Counted from the stretch's first letter, positions 8,931 through 19,442 are shown. The stretch: 58,165 bases of DNA from an uncultured Clostridia bacterium (GCA_944386715.1 CALXCD010000005.1:1-58165), one strand, 5' to 3'. Notes: generated by a model from the letters alone, not told the origin. Program-made: numbers and translations.

Positions 8931-10499
8931 ATGAATAAAAAAGATGAATTTAAAAAATCATTACATTTCCCAACTGATATAAAATCTCAACAACAAAATA
9001 TCAAAGAACAATTTGATGATTTAAACACCCAATATATTAATACCAATAGTTATGAAGTAAAAGAATACTTATCCTATTTAATGGCTGCTATTTATTTGAC
9101 ATATAAAGAATTATATCCTGACTTATCCATTTATATTCCTTTTAGAGTAAAAAGTGATGATAGTACTATTAAAAATTATACAAAAGAACTAAATGTAGCA
9201 GTAAAAAATTATACATCTGATGATAATAAATTTGATTTAAATTCTATCAATTCAGATTTTATGGCAGCTACTATTGTGCTTGACCATGTTAAAACTTCCA
9301 GGAAAACACATACTGAATACCTTTCACCAGATATTGCAAATTTAAAGAAATTTAAAAACAACATTTTAGATTTTGTAGACAATGCTGAAGAAATCTTAGA
9401 AACTGGATTTATAGATGAAGAACACTACTTAAAATTAAAAAAGGAGACATTGGAAAAAATAATTCAATCTACTTATCCAGAATTTGTTGCTGAAAGACCT
9501 ATTTCTTATCAAACAGAATTACAAGAACTAAATAAGCTTTATGATATAAGAAGAGAATACAATTCTTTTTCATCTGAAGTTTCAGAAGATGATATTAATA
9601 GTTTAAAGTCTTTATTACTAGATTTACGCTCTAGGTCTAGCGATAAATTAGAATATGAAATTTTAAGAGAAACTGCTCCAGTAGTTTTTAACTCTCCTTT
9701 AATAAAAAATGCTTTAAAAGCCTCTTTTGAATTTGTCAAAGATTCTAAAAAACCAAATGGATTTGCAGCTATTTATTACCAAATAACAACTCCTTTTGGA
9801 CCACTAGAAGTACAATTACAACCAAACAAAAGATATTATGAAGCTAAAAAAGGCTCCGCCTTTCATAGTGGTATTATTGGTAAAGAAATTGATATAAATT
9901 CTTTCTTTGAATTAGTTGACCCAAAAGACCCACACCCTATAAATTTTTATCTAAATAAATTAGATAATATAAGTGCAGATGAAATATTTTCTGATATAGA
10001 AATGCCAACTTTTGAATCTGAAAGTGATAAATCTAATTACTTATTAAATAATATGAATGCTGAAAAGTACAAAAAAACATTATTAGCAAAACAATATATG
10101 TCTCATATCAAGATTAAAGATAACTATACTTTTAATGATTCAAAAGACTTTCAGAAAACAGATGATTATCTTTTATCTCTAGCTAAATTTATATCTCCTT
10201 TTATGAATGTATGTAGTTCTGGTCACACTTCTTTTTCAACAGCTAGTATTCATCAAAAAAATTTGATAGGAGAATTTACGGAAATACTTAGAAAAAAAGA
10301 CAAAACTACTTGTTTAAGAAATATGCTAATTTCTAGACTTAGAACTGTTCTTCAAACCTCTAATGACAAAGATCATTTAGAGAGTAGAAAAGTTAGAGAT
10401 TCTCTACCAAGAGATATAGCAAGAGAAGATATCACACAATATGCTACTAGATTACATCAAAAATTAGCTGAAACCGAAAAAGAAGAACCTTCTATTTAA
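8931..10499 (+). CDS. Divergent RelA/SpoT synthetase-domain (SAS-like) protein 2, partly degenerate
   Basis: FRVKSDDS, SDFMAATIVL, KKPNGFAAIY, GPLEVQLQ..EAKKGSAFH. Confidence 0.6.
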   Translation: MNKKDEFKKSLHFPTDIKSQQQNIKEQFDDLNTQYINTNSYEVKEYLSYLMAAIYLTYKELYPDLSIYIPFRVKSDDSTIKNYTKELNVAVKNYTSDDNKFDLNSINSDFMAATIVLDHVKTSRKTHTEYLSPDIANLKKFKNNILDFVDNAEEILETGFIDEEHYLKLKKETLEKIIQSTYPEFVAERPISYQTELQELNKLYDIRREYNSFSSEVSEDDINSLKSLLLDLRSRSSDKLEYEILRETAPVVFNSPLIKNALKASFEFVKDSKKPNGFAAIYYQITTPFGPLEVQLQPNKRYYEAKKGSAFHSGIIGKEIDINSFFELVDPKDPHPINFYLNKLDNISADEIFSDIEMPTFESESDKSNYLLNNMNAEKYKKTLLAKQYMSHIKIKDNYTFNDSKDFQKTDDYLLSLAKFISPFMNVCSSGHTSFSTASIHQKNLIGEFTEILRKKDKTTCLRNMLISRLRTVLQTSNDKDHLESRKVRDSLPRDIAREDITQYATRLHQKLAETEKEEPSI

Positions 10500-10526
10500 T
10501 CTATTAACTAAAAAAATAGTATATTT

Positions 10527-11138
10527 CTATATACTACTTTTTTTAGTTAAAGATTTCATCTTACTTATTGCAAGTCCATCTCCCACTTCTAAAATCTCTG
10601 TTTCCAAATTTGGATTTTCGCTAACTTCTTTAATATATTCCCTTAAATTTCTAACGGCTGTACGTTGTTTATGTTTATTATAATCACTCATAACATAACC
10701 TTTATACAAAATATTATCTGCAAAAATAATGCCATCTGATTTTAGCATTCGTAAAGCTTCTTTCAAGAAAAATGGATATTTTCCTTTTGCCGCATCAATA
10801 AAAACAACATCATATTTTTCATCTAAAGTAGGCAAAATCTCAACTGCATCTCCTTCATAAATGTGAATTTTATCTTCTACTCCTACTTTTTCAATATTCG
10901 TTCTTGCTTCTTTTACCCTTTCTTCATCTCTTTCAATAGTATCAATGATTCCATCTTGTGCTAAGAATAAAGTAAAACACATCGCAGAATATCCTACTGC
11001 TGTTCCAATTTCCAAAATTCTTTGTGGCTTTTTAGTAACCAAATATTTTTCCATTACCTCTAAAGTATCATCCATAATAATAGGAATATGGTCTTTTAAT
11101 GCTTTTTCTTTTATTTTTTCTAATTCTTGTTTATTCAT
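10527..11138 (-). CDS. SAM-dependent O-methyltransferase (TrmR/YrrM-like)
   Basis: ILEIGTAVGYSA, YDVVFIDAAKGKY, ADNILYKG, VGDGL. Confidence 0.9.
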   Translation of the reverse strand: MNKQELEKIKEKALKDHIPIIMDDTLEVMEKYLVTKKPQRILEIGTAVGYSAMCFTLFLAQDGIIDTIERDEERVKEARTNIEKVGVEDKIHIYEGDAVEILPTLDEKYDVVFIDAAKGKYPFFLKEALRMLKSDGIIFADNILYKGYVMSDYNKHKQRTAVRNLREYIKEVSENPNLETEILEVGDGLAISKMKSLTKKSSI

Positions 11139-11320
11139 TTTAGTCTCATTACCTTCTTATTTTTTAATTTTACTATTTTCACAATTTTATCTTATTTATA
11201 TTTTTTATGCAAAATATTGTATTTCTTTTTAAAAATTATGTCAAATTTGACATAATTTCACAGATATATTATAATATAATTAGATACAAAAATTTGTTTT
11301 TAAAAAAAGGAGGACATGTT

Positions 11321-11590
11321 ATGTCAAAATACGTTTATGCAGAAAATTTCAAATTCATAACAGGAGATGGAAACATTAAAATTTTTCGGAATCCCTATAT
11401 GGTAAGAGAAAAATTGGGTTTCCTCCCCATTCATCTCATCGTTACACCTTTAACCAGTCATCCTTATCTCAAGTTTTCTAATAAAACCCTTGAGGTAAAA
11501 TCCACCAGACTTGTAAGTTTAGAGGAAAAAGACGGTTTCTGGGAAGCCCGAAGCAACACAGGAACCATCTACCGGCTAATAACCGAGTAG
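11321..11590 (+). CDS. Hypothetical protein (89 aa)
   Basis: AAGGAGG RBS before ATG 11321; upstream TTGACA..TATAAT; terminator follows. Confidence 0.6.
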   Translation: MSKYVYAENFKFITGDGNIKIFRNPYMVREKLGFLPIHLIVTPLTSHPYLKFSNKTLEVKSTRLVSLEEKDGFWEARSNTGTIYRLITE

Positions 11591-11596
11591 GTAAAA

Positions 11597-11634
11597 TAGG
11601 TTTCTTGCACCCCAAATGCAAGAAACCTCTATTT
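11597..11634. terminator. Bidirectional intrinsic terminator
   Basis: aggtttcttgca-ccccaaa-tgcaagaaacct between convergent genes. Confidence 0.8.
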
Positions 11635-11636
11635 AT

Positions 11637-13448
11637 TTATCTTCTATTTGCTCTTTCTCTTTCTTTGCTATCTAAAATTTTCTTTCTTAATCTAATAGAT
11701 TTTGGTGTTACTTCTACTAATTCATCATCTTGAATAAATTCGATTGCTTTTTCTAAAGACATTTGAATTGGTGGAACTAGACGTAACGCATCATCTGAAC
11801 CAGAAGCTCTAGTATTTGTTAAATGTTTTTCCTTACATACATTAATAGCCAAATCTTCTCCTCTAGAGTTTAATCCAACTATCATACCTTCATATACATC
11901 TACACCAGGTCCAATAAATAACTCGCCTTTATCTTGTGCATTATATAATCCATATGTAACAGATTTTCCAGGTTCAAAAGCAACGATAGTTCCTCTTACT
12001 CTAGCTTGAATATCTCCTTTATATGGCTCATAGGAATCAAAAATATGATTCATGGTTCCTTCTCCTTTTGTGTCTGTTAAAAATTCTGTACGATATCCAA
12101 TCAATCCTCTTGCTGGTATTTTAAACTCAATCTTAGTATGTCCTGCTTCTGCTGGTTCCATATTTACCATTTCTGCTTTTCTTCTACCCAATTTTTCAAT
12201 AACATTTCCGACACAGTCATCAGGTACATTTACAACCAATAATTCGATTGGTTCGCATTTAACACCATCTATCTCTTTAAAAATAACTTTTGGTCTAGAT
12301 ACTAAAAGTTCAAAACCTTCTCTTCTCATTGTTTCTATTAATACTGACAAGTGAAGTTCCCCTCTTCCTGAAACTTCAAAAGAATCTGGAGAATCTGTTT
12401 CTTTTACTCTTAAAGATACATTTCTTTCTAATTCTTTAAATAATCTATCACGAATATGTCTAGAAGTAATAAATTGTCCCTCTTTTCCTGCAAATGGTCC
12501 ATTATTTACACTAAATGTCATAGAAACTGTAGGTTCATCAATATCTACAAATGGTATTTTCTCTGGATGATTAAAGTCACAAATCGTATCTCCAATGTTA
12601 ATATCATTAAGTCCTGCTAATTCTATAATATCTCCTGCTTTTCCCTCTTCTACTTCTACTTTATTTAATCCTACATGTGTATATACTTTTGCAATTCTTC
12701 CTTGTGTTATTTTATCTTCTTTTCCACAAATGGCAACAGGCATTCCAGTTTTAATAGAACCTCTTTCTACTCTTCCTACAGCAATTCTTCCTACATAATC
12801 ATCGTAATCAATATTAGAAACTAGCATTTGTGCAGGTCCTTCTTCATCACATTTAGGTGCTTCGATGGTATTAACAATAGTTTCAAATAAACAATTTAAA
12901 TTGTCTGATTCATCTTCTAAATTCATTTTAGCAATTCCATTTTTGGCTGATGCATATACCACTGGAAAATCCAATTGTTCATCACTTGCATCTAATTCAA
13001 TAAACAATTCAATTACTTGGTCTACTACTTTTTCTGGTGTAGCTCCTGGTCTATCTATTTTATTAATAACTACAATTGGTTTTAATCCTAATGCTAAAGA
13101 TTTTTTCAAAACTTCTCTTGTTTGAGGCATAGCACCTTCAAAAGCATCTACTAAAAGCAAAACTCCATCTACTGTTTTTAAAACTCTTTCTACTTCTCCT
13201 CCGAAATCAGCATGCCCGGGTGTATCTACAATATTAATTTTAATATCATGATACATAACAGATGTATTTTTAGATAAAATGGTAATTCCTCTTTCTTTTT
13301 CTAGGTCATTGGAGTCCATGATTCTTTCCGCTACTTGTTCATTTTCCCTAAATACATGGCTTTGCTTAAGCATAGCATCTACTAAAGTTGTCTTTCCATG
13401 GTCTACGTGTGCAATGATTGCAATGTTTCTAATTTTTTGGTTGTTCAT
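11637..13448 (-). CDS. typA: Translational GTPase TypA/BipA
   Basis: [48 protein letters not shown]; start reassigned to ATG 13448. Confidence 0.97.
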   Translation of the reverse strand: MNNQKIRNIAIIAHVDHGKTTLVDAMLKQSHVFRENEQVAERIMDSNDLEKERGITILSKNTSVMYHDIKINIVDTPGHADFGGEVERVLKTVDGVLLLVDAFEGAMPQTREVLKKSLALGLKPIVVINKIDRPGATPEKVVDQVIELFIELDASDEQLDFPVVYASAKNGIAKMNLEDESDNLNCLFETIVNTIEAPKCDEEGPAQMLVSNIDYDDYVGRIAVGRVERGSIKTGMPVAICGKEDKITQGRIAKVYTHVGLNKVEVEEGKAGDIIELAGLNDINIGDTICDFNHPEKIPFVDIDEPTVSMTFSVNNGPFAGKEGQFITSRHIRDRLFKELERNVSLRVKETDSPDSFEVSGRGELHLSVLIETMRREGFELLVSRPKVIFKEIDGVKCEPIELLVVNVPDDCVGNVIEKLGRRKAEMVNMEPAEAGHTKIEFKIPARGLIGYRTEFLTDTKGEGTMNHIFDSYEPYKGDIQARVRGTIVAFEPGKSVTYGLYNAQDKGELFIGPGVDVYEGMIVGLNSRGEDLAINVCKEKHLTNTRASGSDDALRLVPPIQMSLEKAIEFIQDDELVEVTPKSIRLRKKILDSKERERANRR

Positions 13449-13571
13449 CTTTTTTCTCTCCCTTTTACTAATTCTTTTACTATTTAAATTTGTTATTTTA
13501 AGTGCTCTCAACATAACTTAAGACGCCTTTCATTTATTGAAAAACGTCATTTCTCTTAAAAATACTTATTT

Positions 13572-13600
13572 ATTATACAACTTTATGGTAAATTTGTCAA
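13572..13600 (-). promoter_or_regulatory. sigmaA promoter of typA
   Basis: TTGACA-N17-TATAAT exact consensus. Confidence 0.75.
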
Positions 13601-13644
13601 TTTTTTAATCCTTTAACCAGTGGTAACGAATAAAAAATTTTTTC

Positions 13645-14013
13645 TACTATGACTTCTGCTGACTTCTTGTGACAAACCTTTTTCGATCGTATTTTATTCT
13701 ATGTGCTCCTCGTCGTTTCCTAACTCCTCTACGTCCACAAGGTCTCACAGGGTAAGTCGTTTAACTTTCCTCATTTACTTGCTTGATTTACTGCATAAGG
13801 TTACGTATATCTTTTGAGCTTTGACTTTTAGGGTAGCCTTACCCTCTTATACAGCCTTAGTATCAAGTTTTTGTACATCGAGCCATGATTTTGATACACA
13901 CTTCCTCCACTTCCATCTCACAATGGATAGCTTGTGTTTCTCTATGTGGTTGGCGATATCTCCCCCCATTTCGGACTTTCACCGATTAGCTAAACGACAT
14001 GCCCCTGTCGCAC
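13645..14013 (-). mobile_element. 3'-truncated group II intron (class C-like), domains I-III only
   Basis: Minus strand starts GTGCG, then GGTGAAAGTCC and ends with AGAAGTCAGCAGAAGTCATAGTA; follows a U-tract; no RT ORF or domain V/VI seen. Confidence 0.8.
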
Positions 14014-14062
14014 CTAAAAAAACACCCTCTGGGCTCCTCTATGTTTATTACAAATCTTATTT

Positions 14063-14157
14063 TTAATGCTTGTCTATATATTCTTCAACTAACTTTAAAA
14101 GTTCTTTTGCTGTTCTAATCTATGTTTCGCTAATTCTTTTGATATTTTAGGACTCAC
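14063..14157 (-). pseudogene. Internally deleted HEPN-domain gene
   Basis: GTG start VSPKISKELAKHRLEQ joined out of frame to TAKELLKLVEEYIDKH*; overlaps the MNT stop. Confidence 0.6.
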
Positions 14158-14500
14158 TTAACACCACTCCTTGCTTTTGAACATTCATATAAAAAGGCAA
14201 TGCCTCTAACCAATAATTAAATCTATCTACATTCTTAACTAATGGTGATAAATGAATATCAAACTTATTATTCCACTCAATATCATATGCTAATTGAACT
14301 ATTTCACTTCTATGTTGTAGTATTTCATCATCTGTAAAATCTGTTAAAATCATAATATCTATGTCAGAACTTGTATTAAAATCACCTCTAGCATAAGATC
14401 CATATAAAATAATTTTCTTTACTCTATCCCCTAAAGTATCATTTATTGCTGTAATAAATTCACTAATAATCTTATTAATATTTTCCGGTATCTTCTTCAT
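14147..14500 (-). CDS. Minimal nucleotidyltransferase (MNT antitoxin-like)
   Basis: LYGSYARGDF..SDIDIMI motif, 117 aa. Confidence 0.9.
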   Translation of the reverse strand: MKKIPENINKIISEFITAINDTLGDRVKKIILYGSYARGDFNTSSDIDIMILTDFTDDEILQHRSEIVQLAYDIEWNNKFDIHLSPLVKNVDRFNYWLEALPFYMNVQKQGVVLSES

Positions 14501-14797
14501 AAAATTTTCACTTCCTATCTTTTTGAAATTTTCTCATATTTATACAATATATTATTTTGTAACGATTTTTTTAATTATTATTTATTTATAAAATCGTTTT
14601 ATTTTTAGCGATAATTGATAAATATTGTAACATAAAATTGTTTTAGTATTGTAACGAACTAATATATTATCCTAATAAATATAAATATATATCATAAAAC
14701 ATATATATACACAATAATATTAATCCAAAAACAAATTTTTTTAAATAACAGTATTTTAAAAAAAGCGAACAGAGAGAAGGCACATTCTCTCCGTTTT

Positions 14798-15085
14798 TTA
14801 GTTTGCATAATTAGTTTTCCAATCACTATAAGTAAGAGGTTTGCCAGTTTCAGGATTTAACATTACGGATAATCCTCCTCCACTAGCGGTCTCTGAATAA
14901 AAATACAGTACATCTGTTGTTATCTCGCGAAAAACCATTTGACGTGCTGAATAATATACACTCTCAAAACCAAATCCCTTAGTTTCTTGTGTAATAGTAC
15001 TTTGTGATTGAGAAGATACGCTGCTTGCACATCCTGTTAAAAAAGTAAAAATAACAATAATAAAGATAAATTTTCTAATTTTCAT
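14798..15085 (-). CDS. Putative lipoprotein
   Basis: MKIRK + hydrophobic stretch + lipobox FLTGC; GGAGG RBS. Confidence 0.7.
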   Translation of the reverse strand: MKIRKFIFIIVIFTFLTGCASSVSSQSQSTITQETKGFGFESVYYSARQMVFREITTDVLYFYSETASGGGLSVMLNPETGKPLTYSDWKTNYAN

Positions 15086-15308
15086 AATCTTTTCCTCCAA
15101 AAAATATTTTAATATATGCAATCAAGTATCTGTGCCAATACTTGTACTAACTAGGTAAAAACGAGAATCATAAAAGATTATATATATATTATACCATAGA
15201 TTTACATAAAGTCAAATTTCAGTATAAAACATATCATATTTCAAATGTGTTGTTATAATTGTTGTAAAACAAAAATAACAAAAATTGATAAGCGATTTGA
15301 ATCACTTA

Positions 15309-15633
15309 TCAATAATATTGTGCACTTTCCTTTATATCAGTTGCTATAGGTAGTTTTTCATCTTCATCATACAATTTAATGTCATAGTATAAGCTTTTAC
15401 CACTTTTTTCATCCTATAACTCTATTACAAAGTGAGAACCATCAACTAGTTTTCTATTCCTTCTGGAGCTTTACATTTAATTTTTCTTGTGGCGAATTGT
15501 CTATCCATTGTTTTTAATACATCAGAAATACCTATCATTAAGTTTTCACTTCTACCATTAACATATTTTGCTGTTATTTGTTTATCTGTAAGTCCTCTGG
15601 CTCTTTCAATATTTTTTAAATATCTTTTTCCAT
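15309..15633 (-). pseudogene. Degraded hypothetical gene
   Basis: MEKRYLKNIERARGL..PEGIE, then a frameshift (not at CGG) and an internal TAG before DEKSGKSLYYDIKLYD..AQYY*. Confidence 0.5.
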
Positions 15634-15635
15634 AA

Positions 15636-16088
15636 TTATGTCTGCATTCTATTAAATAATTCTTTTATATAATTAATTAATCTTATTATAAAATTCTCTT
15701 TTCTTATTTCTATTGATAAATTAGTATCTTGGATAGTTGTCAATATTTTTTGTTTGTTTTTAAATATATCATCTGGATTATATTTTTCTCTCAATTCTTT
15801 TTCATATTTTTTATCATTTTTAATTAGTATTTTATCTAATTCTGCCCTTTCTTGTTCAGTACACCAATAATTCCTATAAATAATAGTTAATAAAGTTTGA
15901 GTCTTTGGTTTTAAATCTTGTTTATCTAACTGCTTATATGGGTCAATATTAGGTATATACTCTTTACTTTCGACGTCTTCAAAAAACTTTCTTAATTTTA
16001 TTGGTATTTTTTTAACATATTCTGTAGGTAAATAACTTAAAATTTTATTAATTTCTGTTGCTGCTTCCGCAAATTCTTTTGTAACCAT
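15636..16088 (-). CDS. Hypothetical protein
   Basis: 150-aa ORF with AAGGAG RBS, coupled to upstream gene. Confidence 0.75.
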   Translation of the reverse strand: MVTKEFAEAATEINKILSYLPTEYVKKIPIKLRKFFEDVESKEYIPNIDPYKQLDKQDLKPKTQTLLTIIYRNYWCTEQERAELDKILIKNDKKYEKELREKYNPDDIFKNKQKILTTIQDTNLSIEIRKENFIIRLINYIKELFNRMQT

Positions 16089-16099
16089 TTTTTTACTCC

Positions 16100-17857
16100 T
16101 TATTCTTCTAAGCTTTTATTATCTAAATTTGCATTTGGATTATCATATTCTATGTAATTTGCTCTCAGTTCTTGTTGTCCACTTGTTATATTTCTTGCTT
16201 TTTCGTTTTCTGATATTCTTTTAGCTGATTCTAAAAATTCTTTTGCTATAGGTTTCATTGTATCTGCTTGTGTTGTATCTCCTTGTATTTTACCTATTAA
16301 TAAAGCATGAAAAGAATGAATATATTCTTCATATCCCTCAAAATTTTTACAAACTGATTCAGAATTTTGTATATCAATATCAACAATTCTTTTTCCAGTC
16401 TCTTTATCCATTATTCTAATATACTCTGGATTTATTTCATATATATCAGATAAAACATCCATATTTTTTGTTGATTTTACTCTTTCCGCTAACTCTATTT
16501 TTTTATCCATAGTCAAATTTCCAAAGATATTATCGATAAAAGTTTCTCTATAATTAGATGGTATTTCCAATCCAGCTATTTTATAAGCATCTTCAATAAT
16601 TTTCATATTTGATGCGAATAAATATATTTGATTGAAATACTTTTTCTTTTGTTGAGTCATTTCTTGTTTGTGTTTATCACTAACATTGCCCTGATTTTCA
16701 CTTAATCCAGTTTCTTCATAAAAAGATACTTTTTCAAAAGCATCATCACATAGTTCTCCCGATAATGAAAAATCTTGTCTGTGAGCCCAATTATTATACA
16801 TCCACTCTTCATTTAAAAGCCCTGCAACATTTTTCCCCATTATTTCAGCATATTTTAGTAAATATTCTTGTTCGTTCTTTAAACCAAAACACTTTGATGA
16901 GAATAAAATCATTTCTTTTAAATTTTTTTGTCCTATTTGTTTTTGTTCATCGCTTTGTTTACTGATTTTCATAGCCTTTATGTTTTCGGCTTTTAAATCG
17001 GTTATTCTAAAAGGATTTTCTACAATTCTAGTTGCTTGACCAAATTTTTGACCCAACGCATATTTATCATCTAAATAATTTATACCCTTTTCTAATTCTT
17101 GCATACTTACTGGTAAATCAATTTTTTCAGATAATTTATTAGCAATATTTTCTAGATACTCTTCATATGTTATTCCTTGTTCTTCAGCAACTCTAGAAAA
17201 AAATTCTCTCCATTTTTCACCCCTTGTATTTGAATTAACTCTAAAATTCTCTTCTCCTATAGCCTCTCTTGCATCACTTTCAATATCTAACATAGCCTGT
17301 TGCTTTTCATTAAATTCTTCTTTTTCATCATTAGTAATAGAAATTATCATTGGTATACCATGATTCCTACAAAACTCATTATCTAATTCTATTATATTTG
17401 TAATATCTGGTAACTTTAATAAATCACTACCTGTAGATTTTAACTCATAAAGTTTTTTTATCTCTTTTTCTAAATTCTTTATTGCAGATGCACCTGTTAC
17501 TCTTATATCAAAACTTTTATCGTGTCCCAAATAAATAAAAGCTAAATTATAATCGTTTGTGGATGATATATTGTAAGATTTGGTAGCAGTATCGTTTACA
17601 AGCTGATTATTTTGTAATTGAGAATCCACTCCCTTAAAATTTACAAATTTTCCATCTTCTCCAATTGAAAATATACCTCTTCCCATACTTTTTGTATAAT
17701 ATGCTAAATTTTGTATATTATTAGAATTTATTTTATTTTCGAATTCCTTTATTGTTAATGGTTTAAAAGTAGTAATTCCTTTTGTTTGCACATATTCTCC
17801 CGGGAATATTATCTCCATTTCAACAAGTTTTTGAAGATTTTTTTGAATATCTTCCAT
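16100..17857 (-). CDS. Hypothetical protein, possible SelO/YdiU-like pseudokinase fold
   Basis: MGRGI..VNFKGVD, TRIVENPFRI, GKNVAGLL..WAHRQDFSLSGELCD resemble SelO motifs in order; GGAGG RBS. Confidence 0.5.
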   Translation of the reverse strand: MEDIQKNLQKLVEMEIIFPGEYVQTKGITTFKPLTIKEFENKINSNNIQNLAYYTKSMGRGIFSIGEDGKFVNFKGVDSQLQNNQLVNDTATKSYNISSTNDYNLAFIYLGHDKSFDIRVTGASAIKNLEKEIKKLYELKSTGSDLLKLPDITNIIELDNEFCRNHGIPMIISITNDEKEEFNEKQQAMLDIESDAREAIGEENFRVNSNTRGEKWREFFSRVAEEQGITYEEYLENIANKLSEKIDLPVSMQELEKGINYLDDKYALGQKFGQATRIVENPFRITDLKAENIKAMKISKQSDEQKQIGQKNLKEMILFSSKCFGLKNEQEYLLKYAEIMGKNVAGLLNEEWMYNNWAHRQDFSLSGELCDDAFEKVSFYEETGLSENQGNVSDKHKQEMTQQKKKYFNQIYLFASNMKIIEDAYKIAGLEIPSNYRETFIDNIFGNLTMDKKIELAERVKSTKNMDVLSDIYEINPEYIRIMDKETGKRIVDIDIQNSESVCKNFEGYEEYIHSFHALLIGKIQGDTTQADTMKPIAKEFLESAKRISENEKARNITSGQQELRANYIEYDNPNANLDNKSLEE

Positions 17858-17929
17858 GTTTCTTTTCTACCTCCACAAAATATTTACTATCTCTTTCTAT
17901 ATTTTAAGACATTCTCTTCTATTTCTTTC

Positions 17930-18526
17930 TTATTTTGCAAGTTCAATAATTTGGTTCATTATTTCTTTTGTAATATTGTCTAATACTTCCTTATCTTTAC
18001 TCCCTTTATATTGGCTATAATCCAAAGGTTTTCCATAAGTAATTGTAATCTTATGATTCTCTTTTGTACCTCCTTTGATTCCACAAGGTACTACTTTTGC
18101 CCCGCTTCTGACTGCAAAAAAAGCAACTCCATCTTTTACTTTTTCGCCTTTTTCTAAACCATTTCTAGTTCCCTCTGGGAATAAAGCAATACATTTTCCT
18201 TCTTTTAAATCTTTCAAAGATTTCTTTATTGCTGATACATCTTTTTCATCTCTTTTGACAGGAATCGCTTCAAATGCCCAACCTAAAAACGCTAAAAATT
18301 TATTTTTATACAATTCTTCTTTTGCTAGAAATTTCATATCTCTTTTTGCGGTTACCACCATCAAAGGAGGGTCTAAATAAGACCTATGATTTCCACAAAA
18401 GATAAGAGCCCCCTCTTTTGGAACGTTTTCTATTCCCTTAATTTCAGCTCCATAAAAAATTTTAAACCAAATATAAATAGCTCCTCTTACAATCCACTTT
18501 ATTACTTCTTTAACTGCTTTTTTCAT
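17930..18526 (-). CDS. plsC: 1-acyl-sn-glycerol-3-phosphate acyltransferase
   Basis: NHRSYLD, FLAKEEL, FPEGTR; start moved to ATG 18526. Confidence 0.92.
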   Translation of the reverse strand: MKKAVKEVIKWIVRGAIYIWFKIFYGAEIKGIENVPKEGALIFCGNHRSYLDPPLMVVTAKRDMKFLAKEELYKNKFLAFLGWAFEAIPVKRDEKDVSAIKKSLKDLKEGKCIALFPEGTRNGLEKGEKVKDGVAFFAVRSGAKVVPCGIKGGTKENHKITITYGKPLDYSQYKGSKDKEVLDNITKEIMNQIIELAK

Positions 18527-18559
18527 TTTCACAAACTCCTCATTTACTATTAATTTGTA

Positions 18560-18653
18560 TTTCAATAGTTATATATTAATATTTTGCAGACAAGACCCAA
18601 ATTGTTAAACCCAAGCTATGTTTTGTCAAAAAATTAATATATAATTATTGAAA
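18560..18653. repeat. Dispersed palindromic repeat, copy 2 of 5
   Basis: tatattaatattttgcagacaagacccaaattgtt...ttttgtcaaaaaattaatata; outer arms tttcaatagtt/aattattgaaa. Confidence 0.85.
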
Positions 18654-18675
18654 AAAATTTGTTGAAATATTTGCT

Positions 18676-19338
18676 TTAAGCATTCCACTTTACTTTGATG
18701 ATATCTGTTATTTTCTCTACCACTTCTTCTATTGACAATTTGGTAGAATCTAAATAAATAGCATCATCTGCTTGTTTCAATGGTGCAATTTCTCTACTAG
18801 AATCTCTTTTATCTCTATCTATAATATTTTGCAACACTTCTTCATAGGAAGATTCAATTCCTTTTTCTTGGTTTTGTTTTAATCTTCTTTTGGCTCTTTC
18901 TTCTGGAGAAGCATCTAAATATATTTTTACATCTGCATCAGGAAATACTACTGTTCCTATATCTCTACCTTCCATCACTACATTTTTTCCTTCTGCAATT
19001 TTTCTTTGTACATCTAATAATTTATCTCTTACTATTTTAATAACAGAAATCGGAGACACTAATGTATTTACATCATTTTCTCTAATTCTATCAGTTACTA
19101 TTTCACCATTTAATAAAATAGTTCCATCTGGTTTCATATTAATCTCAATATGGTTTAAAAGTTCCCTTATTTTATCTTCCTCTTCTTTTTTTATATTTCT
19201 TTGAATCATTGCTAATGCAATACAACGAAAAGTAGCACCTGTATCTATATTAACAAATCCTAACTTTTCAGATATCAACTTAGCAACTGTTCCTTTCCCA
19301 CTTCCTGCTGGTCCATCCACCGCAACTACAAATGACAT
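18676..19338 (-). CDS. cmk: Cytidylate kinase
   Basis: VDGPAGSGKGT, DTGATFR, MEGRDIGTVVFPDA, RDKRDSSR. Confidence 0.96.
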   Translation of the reverse strand: MSFVVAVDGPAGSGKGTVAKLISEKLGFVNIDTGATFRCIALAMIQRNIKKEEEDKIRELLNHIEINMKPDGTILLNGEIVTDRIRENDVNTLVSPISVIKIVRDKLLDVQRKIAEGKNVVMEGRDIGTVVFPDADVKIYLDASPEERAKRRLKQNQEKGIESSYEEVLQNIIDRDKRDSSREIAPLKQADDAIYLDSTKLSIEEVVEKITDIIKVKWNA

Positions 19339-19384
19339 TTTAATTACTCCTTACTACTTTTTTTCTACCCTTTTACTATTCCTA

Positions 19385-19440
19385 ACCTGTCCCAAATGTA
19401 ACCATTTTTGGCAATTGGGGGACAGGTCCCAAATAGCCAC
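19385..19440. repeat. REP-like GGGACAGGTCCC element matching those beside the RAYT gene
   Basis: acctgtccc...accatttttgg...gggacaggtcccaaatagcca. Confidence 0.65.
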
Positions 19441-19442
19441 AT

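Noticed and set aside
6285-11138. TrhP/TrmR-type U34 modification as part of the recoding system
   Set aside because: These are widespread housekeeping genes; nothing in the sequence links them to this tRNA-Gly.
13821-14066. 81-aa + strand ORF
   Set aside because: Antisense to the group II intron RNA fragment; not a credible protein.
15309-15633. Another possible CGG recoding site
   Set aside because: The break is a missing A plus an internal TAG, not C+GGN; treated as an ordinary pseudogene.
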